Shown here piece after piece: positions 1 through 9,999 of a DNA stretch of 64,000 nt. How positions within the stretch are numbered: position 1 is the stretch's first letter; each line of letters opens with the position of its first letter. Position numbers and translations under genes: made by a program. The notes below the pieces were generated by a model, which saw only the letters and a program-made list of their open reading frames with translations, had not been told where the DNA came from and searched no databases. Source of the stretch: Spirochaetae bacterium HGW-Spirochaetae-5 (GTDB lineage: Bacteria > Spirochaetota > UBA4802 > UBA5550); contig PGXT01000001.1 in NCBI GenBank assembly GCA_002839285.1, forward strand, positions 6,573 to 70,572. Direction: 5' to 3'.

Positions 1-750
1 CGTAATTTTCTGAAAGAACCGGAAGGTATTTTTATTAATAATAATGATATCACTCTTAAACTTACAGCAGAAAAATTAAGTATAGCTGGAAAATCAAACC
101 TGAACAACCTGGTGATGGACATTTCACTTCTTAAGGGGATTTTAAAAACCGGAAATTTTAAACTGGAAGGATATGATGGAATTTACAGTTTTAATCTTTA
201 CTCTTCTCTCCGCCAGGAATATCCTTATTTCAAATTCACTTCTGAAGCAAAAAATATTGACCTTGACCGGATATCCTACGAATCCGGACTGACATTCTCA
301 TTTGGCGGGAGGCTCTCCCTGGATGCCGGTTTTGAAACAAGCGCATACAGAATAGGGCAGGTTGTGGAAAACGGCAAAGCAGGTTTAAACATTTCGGTAC
401 AAAATGGTTATTTGAATAATACACCTGTTCAAAATAAACTCCACACCCTGCTGAGCAATATTAATCAGAAAGATGTATTCAATAAGCGCCTTGAATTTTC
501 AAGTTATTCAATCGGGATTATGCAGTCAGGTACTAACTTTTATATAAAAAATTTCAGTTTAGATTCAGCAGACATGAGCTTCAGTTCATTTGGCAGCTTT
601 ACAGAAGAAAATGGACTGAAAATCCCTATCAATCTGAATGTAAACAAAGAGAAAATAACTGAAAGGGTGCCTCTGGAAATTTACGGTAATCTAGAGACAC
701 CCTGCGTAAAAGTTAAGTCTAAAAATGAAACTGAATCTGTCTGTTTTTAA
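1..750 (+). CDS. hypothetical protein, probably 5-prime partial (track ORF 112..750; frame stays open back to position 1)
   Basis: No stop codon in this frame between position 1 and the GTG at 112. Ser/Asn/Phe-rich, beta-strand-like composition with no recognisable catalytic motif. Confidence 0.45.
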   Translation, partial: RNFLKEPEGIFINNNDITLKLTAEKLSIAGKSNLNNLVMDISLLKGILKTGNFKLEGYDGIYSFNLYSSLRQEYPYFKFTSEAKNIDLDRISYESGLTFSFGGRLSLDAGFETSAYRIGQVVENGKAGLNISVQNGYLNNTPVQNKLHTLLSNINQKDVFNKRLEFSSYSIGIMQSGTNFYIKNFSLDSADMSFSSFGSFTEENGLKIPINLNVNKEKITERVPLEIYGNLETPCVKVKSKNETESVCF

Positions 751-2906
751 TCTTTAATTGCCACCAGTTCATATATTTTAACAGGGTGAGCTTTACCTTT
801 TACACGGATCAAATCCAGCTCTCTGGCAATAATATCATCTTTTACATATTGATATGTAAACTCACTAATAATTATACCTATTTTATAAAACTTTGTTGTA
901 CCCTCAAGTCTCGAACCGAGATTAACATTGTCCCCCATGAGTGTATAGTCCATCCTTGCGGCGGAACCCATGTTACCTACAATCATATCCCCGGTATTAA
1001 TTCCTATACCGATTTCAAGAATAGGCTTATTCTCGCTCTCCCACTTTTTATTCATAACTTTTAATGCTTCCATCATTTCAATAGAAGCCTTACATGCATT
1101 CAGAGCATGATCCTCCATTTCTATGGGAGCTCCCCAGAAAGCCATTACTGCATCACCGATATATTTATCAAGAGTACCAAAGTACTTAATAATAATATCA
1201 GTCATAGACTGAAGATATATATTCAGATGTTCAACCAGTTCTTCTGGAGTAAGTCTTTCTGATATTGAAGTAAAGCCTCTTATATCGGAGAATAATACAG
1301 TAAGAATTTTCTTATCTCCCCCAAGCTTGATCTTACTCGGATCCTTAAGGAGTTCGTCAACAACAGATTTGGAAACGAATTTTGAAAAAGTCTGCCTTAT
1401 ATGCTTTTTCTCCTGCTGCTCATTTACAACCCTGTATGTAACAATCATTGAATAAGTAAGTGCAGTCTGAATCAATGGTGTTGCCAGAGCTGTTATAATG
1501 CTGAAATAGTCAAAAAGCAGATATGAAAAGACTGAATAAAGAATTATAAAAAGCACTGTAACTACAAGAGATGAACCGATTGACATTCGCGGGACAAATA
1601 ATCCGATAAGAAGAGCAATTATAAGCATAATCGCAATATTCTGAATATCTGAAAGTTTATAAAGAAAATCCTGATTAAGAATTGTATTTAAAGCATTGGC
1701 GTGGTGTTCAATACCAAAGGTCGCTCCATATGGTGATTTCTTCTCATCAGTTGCAACCCCTGTTACCGCATATGCAGCAACGAGAAGTATTTTATCCTTC
1801 AGTGAATTATTTCCCTCCATGGTACCTTCATTTGCGAAAAGATAGTATGGATAATGCTGAAAACTTCCGGATCCTCCAATAAAATTAACATCCATAAATC
1901 CGTAATCATCAATTGGAATAATTATTTCTCTCTTATCATTAGGTTTAGCCATCTTCTCTTTTGGAAGATTTTTAAGTTTAATATATTTACCTATTTTTAT
2001 TTCTACATTTTCAACGCCTATACCGTAGTAGTGCATAACTATCGCTAAATCAATATTAGGATAATATATTCCATTATACTTTATTATAAGAGGGATAGTA
2101 CGGTTAATTCTATCACGTCCGGGAAATACATTTGCAAAACCGATACCTCTTGATGCTCTTATAAGATCGGGAGTAGGGGGAGTAACATCGGCAACAAGCT
2201 GCTCTGTCCGATCCTTCGGATCAACCGGAAATGTAACTTTATTAAGAAGAGCCAGTCTCTCCTCATGATCATTATATGCAACATCAACTTCATCAGCTTC
2301 AAAAGGATAATCTAAAAATGCCGCATCAGACTCTTTTATCGCTTTTGCAAGTTCCGCCTCTCCGGGTTTATGATCGAGAAACATTATATCATAGAGAATA
2401 GCCAGAGGTTTACCTGTGGCTATAAAACGTGTGAGTCTGGCATGAATTTCCCAAGGGAAAGGCCATTGAATCCCCTGATCTGAAAACTCCCGGATTGTAC
2501 TCTCGTCAATACCGATAATTACAATATCTTTCCTTGCGCGGGGATTTATACGATTCATCTTTACCCCTTCTTCGAGCTTTACCGTCTTCTGAGAGGGATC
2601 TCTTACAAAAAATCTGAAGTCTATTGAACCCCATTCAAGTCCGGTAAGAAGGGTAGTCTGGGTAAACATGACAACCATAACAATAAAGACGGATATAGTT
2701 ATAAAAGGGCCTATATATTTTTCTGATAATTTTAAAAGCAGAAAAATAAAGAGAAGTCCAACCGGTCCGGTGAGCAGGCATATGATAAAGAAAAGCCTGA
2801 CACTTTTATCATATTTAACAGCAAGATATTTTCCGGCAAAACCGGATCCGATTAAGACAGATAATAGTAACAATACTTTAAAAATTGATAATAATATTTC
2901 ATTCAT
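747..2906 (-). CDS. membrane sensor adenylate/guanylate cyclase (CHASE2-like N-terminal sensor, multi-TM, C-terminal class III cyclase domain)
   Basis: C-terminal class III nucleotidyl cyclase motifs FSDIRGFTSISE, GDAVMAFWGAP, GIGINTGDMIVGNMGS and GDNVNLGSRLE. N-terminal TM helix, a large extracytoplasmic region, then several TM helices before the catalytic domain. Confidence 0.85.
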   Translation of the reverse strand: MNEILLSIFKVLLLLSVLIGSGFAGKYLAVKYDKSVRLFFIICLLTGPVGLLFIFLLLKLSEKYIGPFITISVFIVMVVMFTQTTLLTGLEWGSIDFRFFVRDPSQKTVKLEEGVKMNRINPRARKDIVIIGIDESTIREFSDQGIQWPFPWEIHARLTRFIATGKPLAILYDIMFLDHKPGEAELAKAIKESDAAFLDYPFEADEVDVAYNDHEERLALLNKVTFPVDPKDRTEQLVADVTPPTPDLIRASRGIGFANVFPGRDRINRTIPLIIKYNGIYYPNIDLAIVMHYYGIGVENVEIKIGKYIKLKNLPKEKMAKPNDKREIIIPIDDYGFMDVNFIGGSGSFQHYPYYLFANEGTMEGNNSLKDKILLVAAYAVTGVATDEKKSPYGATFGIEHHANALNTILNQDFLYKLSDIQNIAIMLIIALLIGLFVPRMSIGSSLVVTVLFIILYSVFSYLLFDYFSIITALATPLIQTALTYSMIVTYRVVNEQQEKKHIRQTFSKFVSKSVVDELLKDPSKIKLGGDKKILTVLFSDIRGFTSISERLTPEELVEHLNIYLQSMTDIIIKYFGTLDKYIGDAVMAFWGAPIEMEDHALNACKASIEMMEALKVMNKKWESENKPILEIGIGINTGDMIVGNMGSAARMDYTLMGDNVNLGSRLEGTTKFYKIGIIISEFTYQYVKDDIIARELDLIRVKGKAHPVKIYELVAIKD

Positions 2907-2994
2907 GATATTATCCAGTGGCTCATATTTTTTAAAATTTAAGTATGATAAACATTATTAGTCAAGATTTTTTTATACAGTTAGAGTTGAGATA

Positions 2995-3050
2995 GAAAGG
3001 TAGCGGTTTATTTTCGGGGGCACAACGCTACGCATACGCACCCCCGAAAA
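2995..3050. repeat. family-1 palindromic repeat, partial copy (leader GGTAGCGGTTTATTTT plus CGGGGG..GCATACGCACCCCCG hairpin)
   Basis: Shares the GGTAGCGGTTTATTTT leader with the copy at 58171 and the ACGCATACGCACCCC module with 56861. Lies in the divergent intergenic region between the cyclase gene and argS. Confidence 0.6.
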
Positions 3051-3182
3051 AAATTGCTGCCAGATAAAAATAGATGTAAAAAATTGATGATAAATATGAT
3101 TGACAAATGACCTGTTTTTTTCGGAAATTCAGTAATTATTCCTGAATATTATTATTAGTGTAAAAAAGAAAAATTACATATC

Positions 3183-3210
3183 CCCGCCGCCTTCGGCGGC
3201 GGGGATAATA
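3183..3210 (+). promoter_or_regulatory. perfect 10-bp GC stem with TTCG tetraloop (CCCCGCCGCC-TTCG-GCGGCGGGG), then a T-rich tract 35 nt upstream of the argS start: possible attenuator or terminator-like leader element
   Basis: Inverted repeat read directly from the sequence. A related half-site GCGGCGGGGTATAATA recurs at 6268 upstream of the TPR gene. Confidence 0.35.
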
Positions 3211-3246
3211 GATCCTTTTTACTTTATAAAAGTTAAGGAATAAATA

Positions 3247-4977
3247 GTGATTCAGATTACCAATAGATTATTGTCTAATTATTACAATTTAATGCACGAG
3301 GCAAAAGTGAACATAAAAGATAAAATTCATGATATAATATCAGTTTCTCTTCAAAGAGCTATTTCCGAGGGGAAACTTCCCGAAGCGGATTATCCTGTTA
3401 TAAAAGTTGAATATCCAAGAGAATCGAAATTCGGAGACTACTCAACACCCATTGCCCTGGAATCGGCAAAACTTATAAAAAGATCACCCATGGAAATCGG
3501 CGAAATACTGAAGAGTTATATTTCGGAAAACAGCGGACTGATCAGCGAAGTAGACCTGGCTAAACCTGGATTTATAAATATATTCACCTCTCTCGAGTAT
3601 CTTAAAAACAACATGCTTGAAATTGTAAAGATAAGAGAAAAATACGGCAGACAGCAGAAAGACAATCCTGTTAAATACAATATTGAGTTTGTTTCAGCAA
3701 ATCCCACAGGACCGATGAATGTTGTTTCGGCCCGGGCTGCAGCTCTTGGCGACACCATCGCAAATCTGATAGAAGCGAATGGAGATATTGCGGAGAGAGA
3801 ATTCTATATAAATGATTTCGGTAATCAGGTAAACCTTCTGGGAAGATCTGTATATGCCAGAATAAAAGAGCTGAAAGGTGAACAATCCGATTTCCCTGAA
3901 GATGGTTACCACGGTGAATATATTAAAGATATAGCCCAGTGGATAATAAAAAATCATTCTGAAGAGTTGAATAAGCTGGAAAACGATGATGTTAAATCTG
4001 CTTATGCAGCTGATAAAGCAATTGAATACAATGTCTCGGGACAGAAAAAGGATCTTGAAGATTTTAAAGTAATTTTCAAAACATGGTTCAGAGAGAGCAC
4101 TCTTCATAATAGAGGAGAGGTTGTAAAAGCTCTTGAAACTCTGGAGAAAAATAATCACATATATATAGAAGACGGTAAAAAAGTTTTCAGATCAACGGTA
4201 TTCGGTGATGATAAAGACCGTGTTGTAGTCCGTGATGACGGAAGACCGACTTATCTCATGGCTGACATAGCATATCACTTTGACAAACTCGAAAGGGGAT
4301 ACGATCAGCTCATTGACATCTGGGGTCCCGATCATCATGGCTATATCTCAAGACTGTCCGGCGCAGTTCAGGCCCTCTGCAGTAAAGAGAATATTTTCCG
4401 TGTACTTATATCTCAGCAGGTTAATCTCATTATGGAGGGTGAAACTGTTAAGATGTCTAAACGCCTTGGAAACTTTTCGACCATGAGAGAACTTATTGAT
4501 GAAGTCGGTGTAGATGTTTCCAGATTCTTTTTTATCATGAGATCAATGGACAGTCATCTGGATTTTGATCTTGCACTTGCAAAAAAGAACAGCTCGGAGA
4601 ATCCTGTTTTCTATCTGCAGTACGCCCATGCAAGAATATGCTCAATCTTTAAAGAAGCTGAAAAACGTGGAATAAAAATTAAACCGGAAATTTCCACTCT
4701 TGAAAATCTGAATAATAATGAAGCGATTGTATTATTAAAACTTCTGGCAAAATTTCCCGAAGAGATATCCGATGCGGCAATGACATATGAACCTCATAAA
4801 ATTTCTACTTTTCTTCTCAGACTTGCTCAATCATATCACAGGTTTTATGCCGAGCAGAGGGTTCTCTCCGATGATGAATCAAAGACCCAGACTAATCTTG
4901 CTCTTTGTGATGCAGTGCGGATAACAATTAAAAACGGACTGCAGATTCTCGGAGTAACAGCACCGGAGAGCATGTAA
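3247..4977 (+). CDS. argS: arginyl-tRNA synthetase
   Basis: 576 aa with a GTG start after an AGGAA ribosome-binding site. Class I aaRS signature region ANPTGPMNVVSAR and the KMSKS-type motif VKMSKRLGN. Overall length and organisation typical of ArgRS. Confidence 0.9.
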   Translation: MIQITNRLLSNYYNLMHEAKVNIKDKIHDIISVSLQRAISEGKLPEADYPVIKVEYPRESKFGDYSTPIALESAKLIKRSPMEIGEILKSYISENSGLISEVDLAKPGFINIFTSLEYLKNNMLEIVKIREKYGRQQKDNPVKYNIEFVSANPTGPMNVVSARAAALGDTIANLIEANGDIAEREFYINDFGNQVNLLGRSVYARIKELKGEQSDFPEDGYHGEYIKDIAQWIIKNHSEELNKLENDDVKSAYAADKAIEYNVSGQKKDLEDFKVIFKTWFRESTLHNRGEVVKALETLEKNNHIYIEDGKKVFRSTVFGDDKDRVVVRDDGRPTYLMADIAYHFDKLERGYDQLIDIWGPDHHGYISRLSGAVQALCSKENIFRVLISQQVNLIMEGETVKMSKRLGNFSTMRELIDEVGVDVSRFFFIMRSMDSHLDFDLALAKKNSSENPVFYLQYAHARICSIFKEAEKRGIKIKPEISTLENLNNNEAIVLLKLLAKFPEEISDAAMTYEPHKISTFLLRLAQSYHRFYAEQRVLSDDESKTQTNLALCDAVRITIKNGLQILGVTAPESM

Positions 4978-4981
4978 GACA

Positions 4982-6211
4982 ATGCCCGATGTAATAATTA
5001 TTTCAACAGGTGAGGAGCTGCTTCAGGGGACTACAATAAATACAAACAGCTCCTTCATAAGCAGTCTTCTCTTCGGAACTAATTTTAATGTTTTAAAACA
5101 TATAGTGATCGGAGATAAACTTGAATCAATAATATCCTGCATTAAAGAATCTGCAGAAGAAGCGGAGATAATAATTACAACGGGAGGGCTTGGACCGACC
5201 GATGATGACAATACCGTAGCGGCAGTCTGCAGTGTCTTCCGGAAGAATGTTTTAATCGATGAAGAATCAGACCGGAAAACTATCAGGTTCTTTCAGTCAA
5301 TGAATTTATCCCCCAGCAGACTTGACAGCCGGATGTCTGCTGTCCCCGAGGGAGCATATGTAATTCAGAACCGGTCCGGCTTGGCTCCCGGTTTTATAAT
5401 TAAAAATGAAACTTCGACGGTAATCTCAATTCCGGGTGTCCCGGCTGAAGCTGAAAACATGATGCTCTCCGATGTAATCCCTTATCTGAAAAAAGAATTT
5501 CTGTTTTCTGAAAACATGAAACTCACATACAGAATGTCCGGGATCAGAGAATCAGATATAAATACAATGTTAAACGATATTAACCTTCCTGTTTTTTTAA
5601 ATACAGGTATTACTTCAAAATCCGGTGTTTGCGACCTTGTTATAACAGGAATAAACGATGAGATAATTTCAAAAAACGAAATTGATATGTTAATCAATAA
5701 TAAATTCAAAAAATATCTGCTGGGATACAACGCATCATCTCCGGAAGAGGAACTTGTATCACTATTGAAAGAAAAAAACATGACAATTTCTACTGCAGAA
5801 TCATGCACAGGCGGGCTCATCGCAAAAAAGATAACCGATATTCCCGGTTCATCTGCTGTTTTCAAAGGATCTATTATTGCATACAGCAATGAAATCAAAG
5901 AAAATTTTCTTGATGTTTCGCCGTCAACTCTTAGACAATATGGTGCAGTGAGCGAAAATACAGCTGCTGAAATGGCATCGGGAATACAAAAAAAATTTGT
6001 CACAGATATATCTGTTTCAACAACGGGTATAGCCGGTCCGGATGGAGGGAGCGATATAAAACCTGTAGGAACAGTATGCTTCGGTTTCAGAATCAACGAT
6101 TATCAGCATACTTTTACAAGGATTATAAAGGGGAACAGAGATAGAGTGCGGACATTTTCAAGTCTGTACACAATTAATTTTTTAAGGGATTATTTAAAAA
6201 ATTTAGACTGA
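4982..6211 (+). CDS. cinA: competence/damage-inducible protein CinA (MoCF-biosynthesis domain plus PncC-like C-terminal domain)
   Basis: ITTGGLGPTDDD motif of the MoaB/MogA/CinA fold. 409 aa, two-domain architecture. Start is 4 nt after the argS stop. Confidence 0.8.
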   Translation: MPDVIIISTGEELLQGTTINTNSSFISSLLFGTNFNVLKHIVIGDKLESIISCIKESAEEAEIIITTGGLGPTDDDNTVAAVCSVFRKNVLIDEESDRKTIRFFQSMNLSPSRLDSRMSAVPEGAYVIQNRSGLAPGFIIKNETSTVISIPGVPAEAENMMLSDVIPYLKKEFLFSENMKLTYRMSGIRESDINTMLNDINLPVFLNTGITSKSGVCDLVITGINDEIISKNEIDMLINNKFKKYLLGYNASSPEEELVSLLKEKNMTISTAESCTGGLIAKKITDIPGSSAVFKGSIIAYSNEIKENFLDVSPSTLRQYGAVSENTAAEMASGIQKKFVTDISVSTTGIAGPDGGSDIKPVGTVCFGFRINDYQHTFTRIIKGNRDRVRTFSSLYTINFLRDYLKNLD

Positions 6212-6371
6212 TAATCAGTATAAACGATTATATTACATTAAAATTAAAGATTCTATATAACTCCGGCTTTAGCGGCGGGGTATAATATTTCTATTATTTT
6301 AAAAAAAATATGTTCAGGAATAACTCTGAAAATTATGATAGATTCAGTCATTAAAATAAACGGTATTATCA

Positions 6372-9227
6372 ATGAAATATAAAAAACTTATTATAAATAT
6401 AACAAGTCTGTTATTAATTCTCCTTGCTATTAATTCTGCAACAGCAGATTCACGGAATATATTCAATCAGGGGATTGAGGCTTTTAAAGCCGGTAATTAT
6501 GCCTCGGCAGAATTGCTTTTCCGGAAAACTGAAGAGAACAATGATGAATACAGGGACAGAGCCTGGTTTTTTCTTTCACGTACAATTTTCCAGCAGGGGA
6601 AATATAAATCAGCAATTTTTGAATTCAACTCTTTCCTCACAAAATGCAGAACTGAATCACTCCGGGTTGAATCCAGATTCTGGATTGGAGAATCATATTT
6701 TAATTTAAATGAAAATTTAAAAGCCATAGAAGAGTATAACAGATTCCTGGAAAAGGCCGATGATATAAATCTTATAATTACCGCCCATGACAGAATCGCC
6801 TCAATATATTACAAACAACAGCGATACGAGGAATCAATAATAGAATGGGAGAAAGCAGTTAAAAAGAGTTCAGATAAAGAACTTAATGCTGATTTAATAC
6901 TTAAAATTGGACGCGGACTTTTCAAAAACGAAAAATATGAAAATGCTCTTGAAAGACTTAATCCTCTTCTAAGTTCAAGAATTGATTCAAAGAAAAAAGC
7001 GGAAATCAGATTGATAATCGGAAGAATATATCAGCTTCAAAACGACCATAAAAAAGCTTTATTGACCCTGAATGCAATACCTGCAGAATTTGCTGAAATT
7101 TACCCATTCCACGATATGTACTATTTAAGAGCGATGTCTTATCTTGCGACTGATAAAATAAATCCGGCAAAGTCTGACTTTGAACTCTTTTATATAATAG
7201 GGAAAAAATCAGATCATTATTATGACGGGATGTATGAATATGGACGGATATTACTGAATACATCCAAACCGGAAAGCGGTATAGAAATACTTGAAAAAGT
7301 ATGGGAGAGTCAGGAGAAAATCGATCTCTCTGTAAAAAGCGCTCTGTTGATGGCGGAATTCTATATTGAAAAAGATCCTCTGAAAGCAATTAGATATCTC
7401 GAAAAATTCAGCTCTTATGAAGATGAAGAACTAAAAAAAAGCATTATTATAACAATCAGTAAAGCATATATTAAAAACATGAACTATGATAAAGCCGAGA
7501 GTTTACTGAAATTTTATCTGGAAAAATATCCATACGACCAGAACATTGATGAAGTAAAATTTCTTCAGGCAAGAATTCTGCTGGAGATAGGTGATTCAGA
7601 TAGTGCAACTGTAATTTTCAATGATCTGAAAAGAAATAATCCTTTTTCAAAATTTTTAAATGATTCAGATTACTATCTTGCACTTATAAATTATAAAAAG
7701 GGGAGACCCGTTGAAGCGGCCGCACTTTTAAAGAAGTATGTTTTATTGAAAGAAATCAATTACAGCTTTGAAGCACATAAACTTTTAACAGAGATATATA
7801 TTGAGTCTGAAGACTTAAAAAATGCAGAGAGAGAGATTAATCGGCTTCTTCAGTCTTTTCCAAATTATTCAGGTGTAGACAGACTTGTTTACACATTCGC
7901 GCAGACTCTTAATGAAAAGAAAATCGCTTCATTTCAAAAGTATTTCAACATTCTCCAGAGCAGATATCCCGAATCCGATTTTTCAATGCTTGTAAATATT
8001 ATAATGGGGAATAATAATTTTGAAAATAAAAATTACAGTAGGGCGATTGTTTATTATGAAAGATTTCTCAACAGCAATATATCAGAGTCCAGAGGTCTGG
8101 CTTATTACAACCTGCTCAAATCATATTTCCATCTGAAAGAATATAATAAAGTAATCAGTATAATCCGTAATGTAAAAATTCCTCCTCTTGATGAAAATCA
8201 GTGGCGTGAAATCCCTTTTATACATGCAAGATCTCTTTACCTTACTTTAAAATTTGATGAGGTTTATAACATTTTAAGATGGGAGGATATCAAAACTTTT
8301 GAGGATGATGATGCAAAAATGCTTATAGACTGCACAATTAAAATAGGGGACCTGGAGACTGCTGCGGTATTTATTGATAAACTTAAAGAGCGCGGATCTT
8401 TATACAGCAGCCAGCTTTTTCTGCTTGGTAATTATTATCAGGAAAAAAATAATTCAGTAAAAGCAGAGGAGATATATAATACTATTCTGCTCTCTAATTC
8501 CTCAGAAAAACTCAAAGAGAGTGCAAGAATAGAACTTGCTATTATAAAGATGAACAGCAATGACTACAGTCTTTCGATAAACTATCTTAACCAGATAGAG
8601 TTAAATGAAAACACACCGGAAAGAGATTCCCTGATTATAATAAATCATTTCTACATGGGTAAGGAAAAAATTGCTGCTGATATAACTGAATCAAGATTAA
8701 AGTTTATATTAAAAACCAGATTCACAGAAAAAGTTCTTCTTTTAAATCTGGAATATCATTATAAGAATCAACAGGTAATTACTTTTAACAAATATTCAGC
8801 GCTGTTAAGATCTTATAAAAATACCGATAATTATGTAAATTTTTTAACCGGAAAATTATTATACGAAACAGGGGATTATAGAAAATCGTTTAATATTTTT
8901 TATAAACTGTCACTAAAAGAGAATGATTACATTATTGAAACAAATTATTATCTTGGCAGATTAAGCCTGTTTTTTAATAAAAATAGGAACAGCGCTGTTA
9001 AATATTTTTTGAAAGTAATTGAATCTGCTGCAAATAATGATCTTATGTCGAAGAGTAAAATTGAACTGGCTATAATCTATTATGAAATGAACAACACAGA
9101 ATATGCTTCAAATTACCTGAATCAGATTATAAAGGATAATCAATTTGGCAAATACCGCATGGAGGCTGAAAACCTCCTGGAATATTATAACTTACAAAAA
9201 ACCTTAGATAAAGGAGACAACCTATGA
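6372..9227 (+). CDS. large secreted tetratricopeptide-repeat (TPR) protein
   Basis: N-terminal signal peptide (LLILLAINSATA). 951 aa of degenerate 34-residue helical repeats with recurring W/Y-LG-Y-A-P motifs. Confidence 0.7.
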   Translation: MKYKKLIINITSLLLILLAINSATADSRNIFNQGIEAFKAGNYASAELLFRKTEENNDEYRDRAWFFLSRTIFQQGKYKSAIFEFNSFLTKCRTESLRVESRFWIGESYFNLNENLKAIEEYNRFLEKADDINLIITAHDRIASIYYKQQRYEESIIEWEKAVKKSSDKELNADLILKIGRGLFKNEKYENALERLNPLLSSRIDSKKKAEIRLIIGRIYQLQNDHKKALLTLNAIPAEFAEIYPFHDMYYLRAMSYLATDKINPAKSDFELFYIIGKKSDHYYDGMYEYGRILLNTSKPESGIEILEKVWESQEKIDLSVKSALLMAEFYIEKDPLKAIRYLEKFSSYEDEELKKSIIITISKAYIKNMNYDKAESLLKFYLEKYPYDQNIDEVKFLQARILLEIGDSDSATVIFNDLKRNNPFSKFLNDSDYYLALINYKKGRPVEAAALLKKYVLLKEINYSFEAHKLLTEIYIESEDLKNAEREINRLLQSFPNYSGVDRLVYTFAQTLNEKKIASFQKYFNILQSRYPESDFSMLVNIIMGNNNFENKNYSRAIVYYERFLNSNISESRGLAYYNLLKSYFHLKEYNKVISIIRNVKIPPLDENQWREIPFIHARSLYLTLKFDEVYNILRWEDIKTFEDDDAKMLIDCTIKIGDLETAAVFIDKLKERGSLYSSQLFLLGNYYQEKNNSVKAEEIYNTILLSNSSEKLKESARIELAIIKMNSNDYSLSINYLNQIELNENTPERDSLIIINHFYMGKEKIAADITESRLKFILKTRFTEKVLLLNLEYHYKNQQVITFNKYSALLRSYKNTDNYVNFLTGKLLYETGDYRKSFNIFYKLSLKENDYIIETNYYLGRLSLFFNKNRNSAVKYFLKVIESAANNDLMSKSKIELAIIYYEMNNTEYASNYLNQIIKDNQFGKYRMEAENLLEYYNLQKTLDKGDNL

Positions 9228-9646
9228 GTAATCCGGATAGAGGGATGAACGTACCAGATGATTTAAAATATAGGGAGAATCATCAGTGGATAAAGATGAT
9301 TGATGACATAACCGGAATTTGCGGCATAACAGATTTTGCACAGGACAGTCTAGGCGATATAACATTTGTTGAATTTATCAATAATATAATAGGAAGCGAA
9401 AATCCCGAAGACGAAAAAATAGCAATAATAGAATCACCAAAAGATTCATTTGATGTTTACAGCATGGTATCAGGTAAAATATTAGAGATAAACAGATTAC
9501 TTGAAGATTCGCCGGAACTTCTTAATAGCGACCCTTATGGAGACGGGTGGATATTTAAAATAGAAATCGAAGACGCTATGGTTCTTGAGGATCTCCTGGA
9601 ACCTGATGAATATCTGGAAACAATTCTGCCGGATGATTTTATATAA
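9224..9646 (+). CDS. gcvH: glycine cleavage system H-protein-like lipoyl carrier
   Basis: Candidate lipoyl-lysine motif ESPKDSFDVYS and the C-terminal SDPYGDGWIFKIE motif typical of GcvH. Start overlaps the TPR gene stop (ATGA). No gcvT or gcvP adjacent. Confidence 0.7.
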   Translation: MSNPDRGMNVPDDLKYRENHQWIKMIDDITGICGITDFAQDSLGDITFVEFINNIIGSENPEDEKIAIIESPKDSFDVYSMVSGKILEINRLLEDSPELLNSDPYGDGWIFKIEIEDAMVLEDLLEPDEYLETILPDDFI

Positions 9647-9793
9647 ATCCGGTAATTAATATAACTTCCGATAAGATATATTATGTCTCTTTAGCTTTTT
9701 TCTTATGATTTACTCTGCTATTATAGCAGAATAAAGCAAGCATTTTTTTATTTTTCCCAACTCTTTTTCCACACCGCTTTTGTAACTTTTCCT

Positions 9794-9822
9794 TGACATT
9801 AAACACCATTACCCGGTATATT
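9794..9822 (+). promoter_or_regulatory. sigma70-like promoter candidate: TTGACA, 17-nt spacer, TATATT
   Basis: Hexamers read from the sequence about 180 nt upstream of the 10000..10752 ORF. The host may use a different consensus, so confidence is low. Confidence 0.2.
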
Positions 9823-9930
9823 AATTTTACTTTGCCAGAAAATCCCTAATCCCCCGACTCTAAAAAAAAGAATAAAAAACCGGATTCAAACAACACACCG
9901 GAGCAACCACCAGAAGAGGAAAAACTCCGC

Positions 9931-9942
9931 TTAAAACGGGAT
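9931..9942. repeat. 12-bp direct repeat TTAAAACGGGAT, left copy (candidate att junction of the integrated element)
   Basis: Identical 12-mer at 20457..20468, which is 85 bp upstream of the Rep gene start. The two copies bracket the co-directional gene block. Confidence 0.35.
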
Positions 9943-9999
9943 TATGTTTTTCAGGAGGATAAATTTAATTTCCCAAGTACAGAACTTGAAAACAGAATT

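Noticed and set aside
3060-3247. T-box or other amino-acid-responsive riboswitch upstream of argS
   Set aside because: The leader is far too short (under 200 nt) and lacks the specifier-loop and T-box consensus. Only a single GC hairpin is present.
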